Assembly: GCA_963834845.1 (NCBI GenBank)
Contig: CAWICY010000004.1
Coordinates: forward strand, 2,649,530 to 2,713,529
Length of the DNA stretch: 64,000 nucleotides
Direction of reading: 5' to 3'
From: an uncultured Pseudomonadota bacterium
GTDB taxonomy: Bacteria; Pseudomonadota; Gammaproteobacteria; Burkholderiales; SG8-39
This document shows, one piece after another, positions 25,337 to 33,722 of this stretch. Numbering within the stretch: position 1 is the stretch's first letter; the number at the start of each line of letters is the position of its first letter. Both the position numbers and the translations under genes were made by a program. The notes under the pieces are model-generated. The model was given only the letters and a program-made list of their open reading frames with translations. It ran no database searches and was not told the origin of the DNA.

Positions 25337-25939
25337 ATGGAAGGAGGAATTCATTTGCGGCTTCGCACTACATGGTTCTTGGTGGGAATGTCGTTCGCGC
25401 TCGTGAGCGGGCGTGCGCAGTGCCAGGATATCGATGCCGGGGCGCGCAAGGCGGAGGTATGCATCCCCTGCCATGGCGTCAACGGCAACTCGACCAACCA
25501 CCAGTTTCCGATACTTGCCGGACAGACCGCGCGCTACATCTATCTGCAGCTCAAGGATTTCAAGGAGGGGCGCCGCAGGGACCCGTCGATGGATCCGATG
25601 GCGGCCAAGCTCTCGCGCGAGGACATGTTCGACCTGGCCGCGTTCTTTTCCGCGCAGAAGCGACTACCGACCCCATTCAATTCCGACCCCGCCAAAGCAG
25701 CCAAGGGCAAGGCCAAGGCGGATGAAACGCTTTGCACCATGTGTCACCTCGGCGGCTTCATGGGGCAAAACGAGATTCCGCGGGTTGCGGGGCAGCACTA
25801 CGAGTACATCGTCAAGCAGCTCGGGAATTTCAAGGCCCGTCGACGCACGAACGACGCAGGCAACATGACGAGCGTCGCGAACACTCTGTCCGACGACGAC
25901 ATCGAGAATCTTGCGAACTATTTGGCAGGATTGCAGTAG
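25337..25939 (+). CDS. Dihaem cytochrome c4-like protein (probable electron acceptor of the PQQ dehydrogenase)
   Basis: CIPCHG...FPILAGQ.ARYIYLQLKDF and CTMCH...IPRVAGQHYEYIVKQLGNF. Best start may be TTG 25355 (AAGGAGG RBS, giving signal RLRTTWFLVGMSFALVSGRAQC). The ORF-track start 25301 would include the terminator hairpin. Confidence 0.85.
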   Translation: MEGGIHLRLRTTWFLVGMSFALVSGRAQCQDIDAGARKAEVCIPCHGVNGNSTNHQFPILAGQTARYIYLQLKDFKEGRRRDPSMDPMAAKLSREDMFDLAAFFSAQKRLPTPFNSDPAKAAKGKAKADETLCTMCHLGGFMGQNEIPRVAGQHYEYIVKQLGNFKARRRTNDAGNMTSVANTLSDDDIENLANYLAGLQ

Positions 25940-28220
25940 CAGCGTCGCGCGGCGGCCCAGCGCGCCGGCGCGCGCGTTCGTCGGCGCTCTTGCGCTGGGA
26001 CTGATCGCCATGCTGGCGCCAATGACTGCGGACGCGCAGGATCAGCAGGCATCGCCCCGGGAGCTGCCGGAGCTGGTCGTCGTCGGAAGCAGCCCGGCGG
26101 GTGGCACCGGGATCCCCGCCGGACTGTACCCCGGAAACGTGCAGACCATTTCAGGCAATGACATCCGGCCCGGCACCGCGAGCCTGGCCGAGATCCTTGA
26201 TCGGTCCTTGGGTAGCGTGAGCACCAGCGACACCCAGGGAAATCCGTTCCAGGTGGACCTGAATTACCGCGGCTACAGCGCCTCGCCGGTGCTCGGCACC
26301 CCGCAGGGGCTTTCGGTCTATGTCGACGGCATGCGCGTCAACGAGCCCTTCGGAGACGTGGTGTCGTGGGATCTCATCCCGCAGATAGCGATTGCCAACG
26401 TCACGGCGATCCCGGGCACGAATCCTGTGTACGGATTGAATACACTTGGCGGTGCGATTTCGGTCAACACCAAGAGCGGCTTTGCATTTCCCGGTGCGAG
26501 CGTCGGCCTGGGCGGAGGCTCCTTCGGACGCAAATCCCTGGATGCGCAATACGGCGGACACGGCGAGCATACCGACTATTACCTCGCTGCGAGCCTCTAT
26601 GACGAGAACGGCTGGGCGTTGTTCAATCCGAGCCGCGTGCGACAGTTCTTTGCCAAGACCGGGTTTCAGGACAGCGATACCGACTTCGATCTGTCGATCC
26701 AGTATGCGGATAACAGCCTGGCCGGCAATCAACTCGTACCCCAATCCGCGCTGGCCGATGCGGCGCAAGGCTATACCCATCCCGACGTCACTACCACGAA
26801 GAATTTCGTGCTCAATCTGAGCGGCCGGCGAGACCTCAGCGAGACCGACGGCGTCGAAGGAAACGCCTATTACCGACGCATCTCGCGGGACTTGTTGAAC
26901 TCCAACATCGATCATCCCGTGGTGCCGGGGTCGCCCGACCAGGCGGCGAGCTGCGCGGCCCTCTACGGGGAGGCGTGCGCGCAGAACATCCTTAGCCACG
27001 AGACGCAGAATGCGTACGGTCTGAATCTGCTGCTGACGAATCAGGCAAAGTTCCTCGGGCACCAGCAGTATTTTTCAGCAGGCATCAACGCCGAGTACGG
27101 CACGAGCACCCTGTCGCAGTGGTCGCAGGACGCGGTCTTCGACGCGACCCGGGCGACGATCGGCGTCACGGATTTCAGCCCGCAGTCCGCCGTCGATTCG
27201 CGGACCCGGCGCTACGGCGCGTACGTGACCGACACGTTGTCGCTCGGCAAACGTTCGAGCCTCACCGTATCGGGAAGGTTCGACCGCGCATCGGTGGGGC
27301 TCTCGGGGACATCCGTTGACCAAGCGGGCTATCCGGTGAGCGTCGATGGCAGCCACTCCTACCAGCGATTCAATCCGGCGATCGGCGGCACTTATGCGCC
27401 GTCCCCGGTGACGACCCTGTTCGCCAATTACGCCGAAGGATTCCGCACGCCTTCGGCGATCGAACTGGCATGCGCAGATCCGCTGCGTCCGTGCGCGGGC
27501 GTGCCCAACGCCTTCTCGGCGGACCCCGAGCTGAAAGCCGTGGTGGCAAAGAGCTTCGAGCTCGGGGCGCGTGGCAAGCTGCGTGGCGACGCTGCCTGGC
27601 GCATCGCAGGCTTCTACAGCATGCTGTACGACGACATATTGTTCAATCAGTCGACGGTCAGCACCGGGTTCTTCTCCAATGTCGGGAAGACCCTTCGCAA
27701 AGGCGTCGAGTCCAGCCTGAGCGGAAAGCGATCGCAATGGGACTATGCCCTGAACGCGACATGGATCAGCGCGACATATCAGAGCCCTTTCGAGGTCGCC
27801 AATCCCGCGAACAGCGGGTCCGCTTGCCCGGGTGCCGGCTGCGTCCCCGTGCAACCGGGCGACCGGATCCCGGGCATCCCAAGGCTGATCGGCAAGCTCC
27901 TTCTGGGTTATCGGATTGCGCCGCAAACCCGCGTAGAGGCCCAGATCCTGGCCCAGGACTCTCAATATGCGCGGGGCGACGAAAACAATCTCGCGACCTA
28001 CGGCAAGATCCCGGGGTTCGCGACGGTCAGGCTCGGTGCCACGCAGCAGCTTGGCAGGGCGGTCGAGCTCTACGCGACCGTGACCAACCTGTTCAATCGG
28101 CGCTACGCCAGCTTCGGGGCGCTCGCCCAGAACAACCTCGGCGCGGGAACTACGGAGAACTTCTGGGCGGTCGGCCAGCCGCGCGCCTACCTCCTCGGAC
28201 TGAGAGCCATTTTCGAGTGA
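25911..28220 (+). CDS. TonB-dependent outer-membrane receptor
   Basis: Signal ...ALALGLIAMLAPMTADA. Plug region (LPELVVVG..., FQVDLNYRGYSASPVLGTPQGLSVYVDGMRVNEPFGD.V.WDLIP). C-terminal ...YLLGLRAIFE. Overlaps the cytochrome gene by 29 nt if ATG 25911 is used. Confidence 0.88.
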   Translation: MRTIWQDCSSSVARRPSAPARAFVGALALGLIAMLAPMTADAQDQQASPRELPELVVVGSSPAGGTGIPAGLYPGNVQTISGNDIRPGTASLAEILDRSLGSVSTSDTQGNPFQVDLNYRGYSASPVLGTPQGLSVYVDGMRVNEPFGDVVSWDLIPQIAIANVTAIPGTNPVYGLNTLGGAISVNTKSGFAFPGASVGLGGGSFGRKSLDAQYGGHGEHTDYYLAASLYDENGWALFNPSRVRQFFAKTGFQDSDTDFDLSIQYADNSLAGNQLVPQSALADAAQGYTHPDVTTTKNFVLNLSGRRDLSETDGVEGNAYYRRISRDLLNSNIDHPVVPGSPDQAASCAALYGEACAQNILSHETQNAYGLNLLLTNQAKFLGHQQYFSAGINAEYGTSTLSQWSQDAVFDATRATIGVTDFSPQSAVDSRTRRYGAYVTDTLSLGKRSSLTVSGRFDRASVGLSGTSVDQAGYPVSVDGSHSYQRFNPAIGGTYAPSPVTTLFANYAEGFRTPSAIELACADPLRPCAGVPNAFSADPELKAVVAKSFELGARGKLRGDAAWRIAGFYSMLYDDILFNQSTVSTGFFSNVGKTLRKGVESSLSGKRSQWDYALNATWISATYQSPFEVANPANSGSACPGAGCVPVQPGDRIPGIPRLIGKLLLGYRIAPQTRVEAQILAQDSQYARGDENNLATYGKIPGFATVRLGATQQLGRAVELYATVTNLFNRRYASFGALAQNNLGAGTTENFWAVGQPRAYLLGLRAIFE

Positions 28221-28231
28221 GCGGCGGGGCG

Positions 28232-28249
28232 GCCGGACTGAAGTCCGGC
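28232..28249. terminator. Perfect hairpin GCCGGACT-GA-AGTCCGGC between the convergent TBDR and cytochrome b561 genes
   Basis: Read directly, 11 nt after the TBDR stop. There is no U-tract on either strand, so termination activity is uncertain. Confidence 0.4.
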
Positions 28250-28265
28250 TCGAAGGCATCGCGCC

Positions 28266-28622
28266 CTAAGGCAATCCGGGCATCCTTGAGCGCGCGCTTG
28301 GCCACATCCGCTGCAGAACCGCGTCGCGATCGACGAGTGCGTGCTTCAGCGCGGCATGCAGCCACTTCGCGGCACGTGCCTCCCACCGCGGCATGGTGCC
28401 AGGAAACGGAGGCGCCGGATGTAGGGCGCGCCACCAGAGTCTGATGAGTATGATGACTCCTGCGGTGACGCTGATCGACTTGTGCAAGTTGATGACGATA
28501 CTGCGCTCGGGCACGCCGCTTGGCACGCCACCGAGGTACCAGCCGAATGCAATCTGGAACAACACCAGGCCAGCGACGATCCAATGCAGGGCGATCGCCG
28601 TGCGGGTGTATCGATTTTCCAT
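28266..28622 (-). CDS. Cytochrome b561 family protein, apparently C-terminally truncated (possible gene remnant)
   Basis: MENRYTRTAIALHWIVAGLVLFQIAFGW...INLHKSISVTAGVIILIRLWWR....P.....P.WEARAAKWLHAAL matches the first ~2.5 helices of CybB/YceJ-type b561. The sequence then becomes non-hydrophobic and stops at 118 aa; family members are typically ~175-190 aa. Confidence 0.6.
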   Translation of the reverse strand: MENRYTRTAIALHWIVAGLVLFQIAFGWYLGGVPSGVPERSIVINLHKSISVTAGVIILIRLWWRALHPAPPFPGTMPRWEARAAKWLHAALKHALVDRDAVLQRMWPSARSRMPGLP

Positions 28623-28650
28623 GCCGCTTACGGCTTTCCGCGAGCGGCGC

Positions 28651-28971
28651 TTATTTCGGCGGCGTCACGGTCACCTTGATGCTCGAATACCACTCCGAGA
28701 CATTGTCGATGTCGGCATCGGTGAGCGGCTTCGCGATGATGCTCATCTGGTCATTCCGGCGGCTGCCGGAGCGAAAGGCCCTGAGCTGCGCCACGAGGTA
28801 TTCCTTCTGCTGGCCACTGAGGTTGGCGGCGCCGGGCAGGACCGCGACGCCGTCCGCGCCGTGGCAGTTCTGGCACAGGGTCTGCACCATCGGCGGCGCC
28901 TCGCCCCCAGCTCGTGCCTGGACCGGCGACAGGAAGGCGGCGAGTACGAACGCCGTGCAAATGATACGCAT
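28651..28971 (-). CDS. Monohaem class I cytochrome c
   Basis: Signal MRIICTAFVLAAFLSPVQA. CQNCHG....LPGAANLSGQQKEYLVAQLRAFRSG.R.ND.MS (c4-half/c553-like). Confidence 0.85.
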   Translation of the reverse strand: MRIICTAFVLAAFLSPVQARAGGEAPPMVQTLCQNCHGADGVAVLPGAANLSGQQKEYLVAQLRAFRSGSRRNDQMSIIAKPLTDADIDNVSEWYSSIKVTVTPPK

Positions 28972-28980
28972 TTGTCTTCG

Positions 28981-29017
28981 GGGAGAAAAAGATGGGCCGG
29001 GCGCCGGGCCCGGCCCA
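28981..29017 (-). terminator. Rho-independent terminator after the sorbosone-dehydrogenase-like gene
   Basis: On the minus strand: UGGGCCGGGC-ccggc-GCCCGGCCCA (10-bp stem, 28993-29017) followed by UCUUUUUCUCCCC. Confidence 0.6.
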
Positions 29018-29032
29018 GTCTAGTCTGCCCCG

Positions 29033-30325
29033 CTACTTGCCTTGGTACGAGATGCGATAGATCGCGCCGGCCTTGTCGTCGGCTACCAGGATCGAGCCGT
29101 CGACGTACTGCCTCACGTCGACCGGCCGGCCGAGGTAGACGCCTTCCTCGTTCATCCAGCCTTCGGCGAACGGCTCGGTCTTCATCGCATTGCCCTTGTC
29201 ATCCAGGTAGGTGACCATCACCCTTGCGCCCCTGGGCTTGACCGCGTTCCACGAGCCGTGCTGCGCGTCGAAGATCGCGTTGTGGTACTTGGCCGGGAAC
29301 ATCTTGCCCGTGTAGACCATCATTCCCAGGTCCGCGGCGTGCGCGATCATTTCCACCTGGGGCTTGACGTATATCGCGGCGAGTTCCTTGGGAATCTGCT
29401 TGTCCTTGTACTCGTCGGTCCTCGTGCTGCCGCCGCCGTAGTACGGGAAGCCGTACCAGCCGCCCAGATGGAGCTTGCCGTTCGGGGCGGGCACCTTGTT
29501 CAGCTCGCCCGGAGGAATTTCGTCTCCCATGCCGTCGACCTGGTTGTCGGTGAACCACAGGCTCTTGTCCTTGGAATTGAAATCGAGCCCGGACGAATTG
29601 CGCATCCCGGTCAGGACCACTTCGCGTCCCGTGCCGTCACGGTTGAAGCGCACGATGCCGCCGATGCCCCACTTGCGGTACAGATCGACCTTTTCCGGCG
29701 GGGTCACGTTGAACGGCTGGCCGAGGGTGATGTAGATCTTGTTATCGGGGCCGATTACGCAGGCGCGCGCCGTGTGGTTGTACGATTCCTCTTCCGGCGG
29801 AATCAGCTCGCCCTGCTTGACGATCGCGACCGCAACCGTGTCGGGGCTTTCCATGAAGTATTCCGCCGCCGGGAACATCATCACGCGGTTGCGCTCGGCG
29901 ATGAACAGGAACCCGTCGGGCGAATAGCAGGCGCCGGCGGGAATGTCGAACTTGACGCTCGGGCTGAACTCCTCGACCGTGTCGGCGACGTTGTCCATGT
30001 CGCGATCGGTCACCGACCAGACGGTGGACTTGCGCGTGCCGACCCAGACGGTCGCCTTGTTGCGGCTCACCGCCATCTGCCGGGCATCGGGCACGATGGC
30101 AAACAGCTCGATCTTGAAGCCGTCGGGCAGCTTGATGCGCTGTAGCACCTTCTTAAGGTTATCCGCGTACTGGCCACCTTGCGGCACGCTCTTCCCGGGA
30201 CGGGAATCGGTGCGCTTGAACGCGCCCAGCTTGTCCAGATTTGCCTCGTCGTCCTTCGCGAAACCGGTGCTCGCGGAGAACGCAAATGCCAAGCCTACGG
30301 CAAGATATAAAGCCTTCCTCTTCAT
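29033..30325 (-). CDS. PQQ-dependent sugar/sorbosone dehydrogenase family beta-propeller (exported)
   Basis: MKRKALYLAVGLAFAFSASTGFA signal. ...LPDGFKIELFA....ARQMAV..., NSSGLDFN.KDKSLWFTDNQVDGMGDEIPPGELN, ...GSILVADDKAGAIYRISY: the sorbosone/glucose dehydrogenase-like pattern. Confidence 0.8.
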   Translation of the reverse strand: MKRKALYLAVGLAFAFSASTGFAKDDEANLDKLGAFKRTDSRPGKSVPQGGQYADNLKKVLQRIKLPDGFKIELFAIVPDARQMAVSRNKATVWVGTRKSTVWSVTDRDMDNVADTVEEFSPSVKFDIPAGACYSPDGFLFIAERNRVMMFPAAEYFMESPDTVAVAIVKQGELIPPEEESYNHTARACVIGPDNKIYITLGQPFNVTPPEKVDLYRKWGIGGIVRFNRDGTGREVVLTGMRNSSGLDFNSKDKSLWFTDNQVDGMGDEIPPGELNKVPAPNGKLHLGGWYGFPYYGGGSTRTDEYKDKQIPKELAAIYVKPQVEMIAHAADLGMMVYTGKMFPAKYHNAIFDAQHGSWNAVKPRGARVMVTYLDDKGNAMKTEPFAEGWMNEEGVYLGRPVDVRQYVDGSILVADDKAGAIYRISYQGK

Positions 30326-30379
30326 GATTCCTCTCCCTTTCCTTATGTGATCCGCTGTCGCCCCTGGGGCAACTCCTGC

Positions 30380-30399
30380 CTGGATCGGTGTCGATCCAG
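30380..30399. promoter_or_regulatory. Perfect inverted repeat CTGGATCG-gtgt-CGATCCAG upstream of the sorbosone-dehydrogenase-like gene
   Basis: Read directly, 55 nt upstream of start 30325 in the divergent intergenic region shared with the acyl-CoA dehydrogenase gene. Could be an operator or a 5'-UTR hairpin. Confidence 0.3.
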
Positions 30400-30574
30400 C
30401 GCCGTTCGTTCGATTGGGGCGAGCCATGCTCCTCCCCTTGTTGCGTGCCCGTCAAGCGACGGATCGAACGTTGCCGGCCCACTGTCGTCCCACCCGCGTC
30501 CAACTCGCTTCCCACTGCAACCGTTTGCCGCAGCGCGTTAGACTGAGCGCGGTTTATCCCGGTATCCGACTACG

Positions 30575-31705
30575 ATGCGCTCGCCCTATTTCGACGACAC
30601 CCACCGGCTGCTGCGCGAGACGCTGCGGCGCTTCGTCGACAAGGAGGTGGTGCCGCAGGCCGCGGCCTGGGAGGAGCAGGGCTTCGTGCCGCGCCAAGTG
30701 CTGCGCGAAATGGGGCGCTACGGCTTCCTCGGCCTTCGCTACCCCGAGAAGTACAGCGGCGGCGCCATGAACGCGCTCGCGACCGCGCTGCTCGCCGAGG
30801 AGCTGGGGCGCTCGGGCTTCGGCGGCTTCGCCGCCACGGTGCTGGTGCACACCGACATGGCCTCGCCGCACCTGATGCACGCCGGCTCGGCGGCGCAGCT
30901 CGAGCGCTGGATGCCGGGCATCGTCGCCGGCGACCTGATCACCGCGGTGGCGGTGACCGAGCCCGACGCGGGCTCCGACGTGAAGGCGATCCGCACCAGC
31001 GCGCGCCGCGACGGGGACGCATGGTTGCTGCAGGGCAGCAAAATGTTCATCACCAACGGCGCACTCGCGGACCTGGTTTTCGTCGCCGCCAGGACCGATC
31101 CGGCCGCGGGATCGAGGGGCATTTCCATGTTCGCCGTCGAGAAGGGCGCGCGCGGGTTCTCGGTCGGGCGCAAGCTCGACAAGATGGGCTGGCGCTGCTC
31201 CGACACCGCCGAGCTGGTGTTCGAGGACGCTCCGGCCGAGCTGCTCGGCGAAGAAGGCCGCGGCTTCTACGCCATCATGCGCAATTTCCAGAACGAGCGC
31301 ATCGCGCTCGCCGCGATGGCGATGGGCGAGAGCCAGCGCGCGCTCGAGCTGACCCTCGAGTACGTGAAGACGCGCAAGGCCTTCGGCGGCGCACTGTGGG
31401 ACAAGCAGGCGCTGCGCCAGCGCCTGGCGACGCTCGCCGCGCGCGTCGAGGCCGGCCGCGAGCTCGTCTATCGCGCCGCCTGGCTCGACGCTCAGGGCGC
31501 CGAGTGCGTGAAGGAAGTATCGATGGCCAAGGCCTACTGCGGCGAGCTGACGAACGAGGTGATGTACGACTGCCTGCAGTTCCACGGCGGCTTCGGCTAC
31601 ATCCGCGAGTCCGCCATCGAGCGCATGTACCGCGACGCGCGCGTGCAGTCGATCGGCGGCGGCGCGACCGAAGTGATGCTCGAGGAAGTGGCGAAGCGCC
31701 TGTAG
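30575..31705 (+). CDS. Acyl-CoA dehydrogenase
   Basis: 376 aa. ...AVTEPDAGSDV..., GSKMFITNG..AD, ...QFHGGFGY..E..IERMYRDARV..I.GG..EVM. Confidence 0.92.
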   Translation: MRSPYFDDTHRLLRETLRRFVDKEVVPQAAAWEEQGFVPRQVLREMGRYGFLGLRYPEKYSGGAMNALATALLAEELGRSGFGGFAATVLVHTDMASPHLMHAGSAAQLERWMPGIVAGDLITAVAVTEPDAGSDVKAIRTSARRDGDAWLLQGSKMFITNGALADLVFVAARTDPAAGSRGISMFAVEKGARGFSVGRKLDKMGWRCSDTAELVFEDAPAELLGEEGRGFYAIMRNFQNERIALAAMAMGESQRALELTLEYVKTRKAFGGALWDKQALRQRLATLAARVEAGRELVYRAAWLDAQGAECVKEVSMAKAYCGELTNEVMYDCLQFHGGFGYIRESAIERMYRDARVQSIGGGATEVMLEEVAKRL

Positions 31706-31708
31706 GGC

Positions 31709-32590
31709 GTGCGATCCGTGCGCGAGGCGACGATCCGGCTGTCGCACGGCAGGCTGCTCGGCTACGCCGAGTACGGCGACCCGCGCGGCGCGCCCGTGCT
31801 GACGCTGCACGGGCTTCCGGGATCGCGTTACCAGCGCCATCCCGACGAGACGATTGCGGCGCGGCTCGGTGCGCGCCTCATCGTGTTCGAGCGGCCCGGC
31901 TTCGGCCTGTCCAGCCCCGCGCCGCGCGCTAGCCTGCTCGCGTGCGCGCAGGACGCCGCGGCGCTCGCCGACGCGCTTGGCCTGGCGCGCTTTCGCGTGC
32001 TGGCGGTGTCGGGCGGCGCACCCGCGGGCTGCGCCTGCGCTTGCGTGCTCGCGGAGCGCATCGAGCGGCTCGCGCTGGTGAGCGGCGTGGGCCCGCCCGA
32101 CTCGATGCACGCGGGCATGTCGTTCATGCCGCGTATGGGCTTCGCGCTCGCGCGGCGTGCGCCCGCGGCGCTGCATCCGCTCGTCGCGCTCGGCGCGCGG
32201 TTCGCGCTGCGCGCGCTACGCGCGCCGGCGCGCGAGATCGACCGGCTGGCGCGCCGGCTGCCGGAATCCGACCGGCGCGTGCTGGCGCGCGACGACGTGC
32301 GCGCCATGTTCGCCGAGGACTTGCGCGCCGCGTTCGCGCAGGGCGTGGCCGGCTTCGTGGACGACTTGGCGCTCTCGGCGCGGCCCTGGGACTTCGCGCC
32401 GGGGGCGATCCGCGTGCCGACCGATATCTGGCACGGCGAGGCGGACCCGATCGTGCCGCCCGCCGCGGCGCGCGCGTTCGCCGCGATCCCGGGCAGCCGC
32501 CTGCATCTGCTTCCCGGCGAAGGCCACTACCTAGTGATTGAGCGCTGGGAGGAAATCCTCGATGCGCTGCTCCATGACGGCATCCGCTAG
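31709..32590 (+). CDS. Alpha/beta-fold hydrolase
   Basis: GDPRGAPVLTLHGLPGSR, nucleophile elbow AVSGGAP (G-x-S-x-G-like), C-terminal ...GEGHY. Confidence 0.75.
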   Translation: MRSVREATIRLSHGRLLGYAEYGDPRGAPVLTLHGLPGSRYQRHPDETIAARLGARLIVFERPGFGLSSPAPRASLLACAQDAAALADALGLARFRVLAVSGGAPAGCACACVLAERIERLALVSGVGPPDSMHAGMSFMPRMGFALARRAPAALHPLVALGARFALRALRAPAREIDRLARRLPESDRRVLARDDVRAMFAEDLRAAFAQGVAGFVDDLALSARPWDFAPGAIRVPTDIWHGEADPIVPPAAARAFAAIPGSRLHLLPGEGHYLVIERWEEILDALLHDGIR

Positions 32591-32614
32591 ACTCGGCCTG
32601 ATACGGGGAAAGTC

Positions 32615-33676
32615 ATGAAGAGCTTCGTCTATACGGGGTACGCCTCGCGCGTGGTGTTCGGCGAAGGCTCGATCGCGCAGTTGCCCGCCGAGGTGGAGCG
32701 GCTCGGCGCGACGCGTGCGCTGGTGCTGTCGACGCCCGAGCAGGCGGCGAGCGTGCGGCAGGTCGCGGCGAGCCTGGGCGAGCGCGCCGCGGGCGTCTAC
32801 GACAAGGCCGCAATGCACGTGCCGCTCGAGATCGCCGAGGACGCGCGCCGCGTCGCGCGCGAGCTGGGCGCGGACTGCTGCGTCACGGTCGGCGGCGGCT
32901 CGACCACGGGCCTGGGCAAGGCCATCGCGCTTACCTCGAGCCTGCCGATCCTCGCCGTGCCGACCACCTACGCGGGCTCCGAGATGACGCCGATCTACGG
33001 CCTCACGGAGGGCGGGATGAAGAAGACCGGTCGCGACGCACGCGTGCTGCCGAAGACCGTGATCTACGATCCAGCGCTCACGCTGACGCTGCCGGCCGCG
33101 CTGTCGGCGGCGAGCGGCATGAACGCGGTCGCGCACTGCGTCGAGGCACTTTACGCGCACGACGGCAACCCGATCGTCTCGCTCATGGCGGAGGAGGGCA
33201 TCCGCGCGCTTGCCGCCGCGCTTCCCGTCATCGTCAATGATCTTTTCGACATGGAGGCGAGGAGCGAGGCCCTCTACGGTGCCTGGCTAGCGGGCGTGTC
33301 GCTCGGCTCGGCGGGCATCGCGCTGCACCACAAGCTGTGCCACACGCTAGGCGGCAGCTTCAACTTGCCGCACGCCGAGACGCACGCGATCGTGCTGCCG
33401 CACGCCGCGCGCTACAACCGCGACGCGGCGCCCGCGGCGATGGCGCGCGTGGCGCGCGCGCTCGGCGTGCAAGACGCGCCCACGGGCCTCTACGACCTGG
33501 AGACGAAGCTCGGAATGAAGATGCGACTTTCCCAGATCGGGATGAAGGAAGCGGACCTCGAGCGCGCCGCGCGCATCGCCACCGAGGCCCCGTATCCGAA
33601 CCCGCGCCCGGTGGACTACGCCGGGTTGCTGGCGCTCTTGCGCGACGCCTACGAGGGGCGCCGCCCTGAAGCCTGA
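32615..33676 (+). CDS. Maleylacetate reductase (iron-containing alcohol dehydrogenase family)
   Basis: F.YTGYASRVVFGEGSI..L..E..RLGA.RALVL, VGGGSTTGLGKAIAL...LPILAVPTTYAGSEMTP, HHKLCHTLGGSFNLPHAETHAIVLPHA. Confidence 0.88.
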   Translation: MKSFVYTGYASRVVFGEGSIAQLPAEVERLGATRALVLSTPEQAASVRQVAASLGERAAGVYDKAAMHVPLEIAEDARRVARELGADCCVTVGGGSTTGLGKAIALTSSLPILAVPTTYAGSEMTPIYGLTEGGMKKTGRDARVLPKTVIYDPALTLTLPAALSAASGMNAVAHCVEALYAHDGNPIVSLMAEEGIRALAAALPVIVNDLFDMEARSEALYGAWLAGVSLGSAGIALHHKLCHTLGGSFNLPHAETHAIVLPHAARYNRDAAPAAMARVARALGVQDAPTGLYDLETKLGMKMRLSQIGMKEADLERAARIATEAPYPNPRPVDYAGLLALLRDAYEGRRPEA

Positions 33677-33722
33677 GCGCGGCGCGGCGCTGCTGCTCGC
33701 CGGCGCGCTGCTCGCCACCGCG

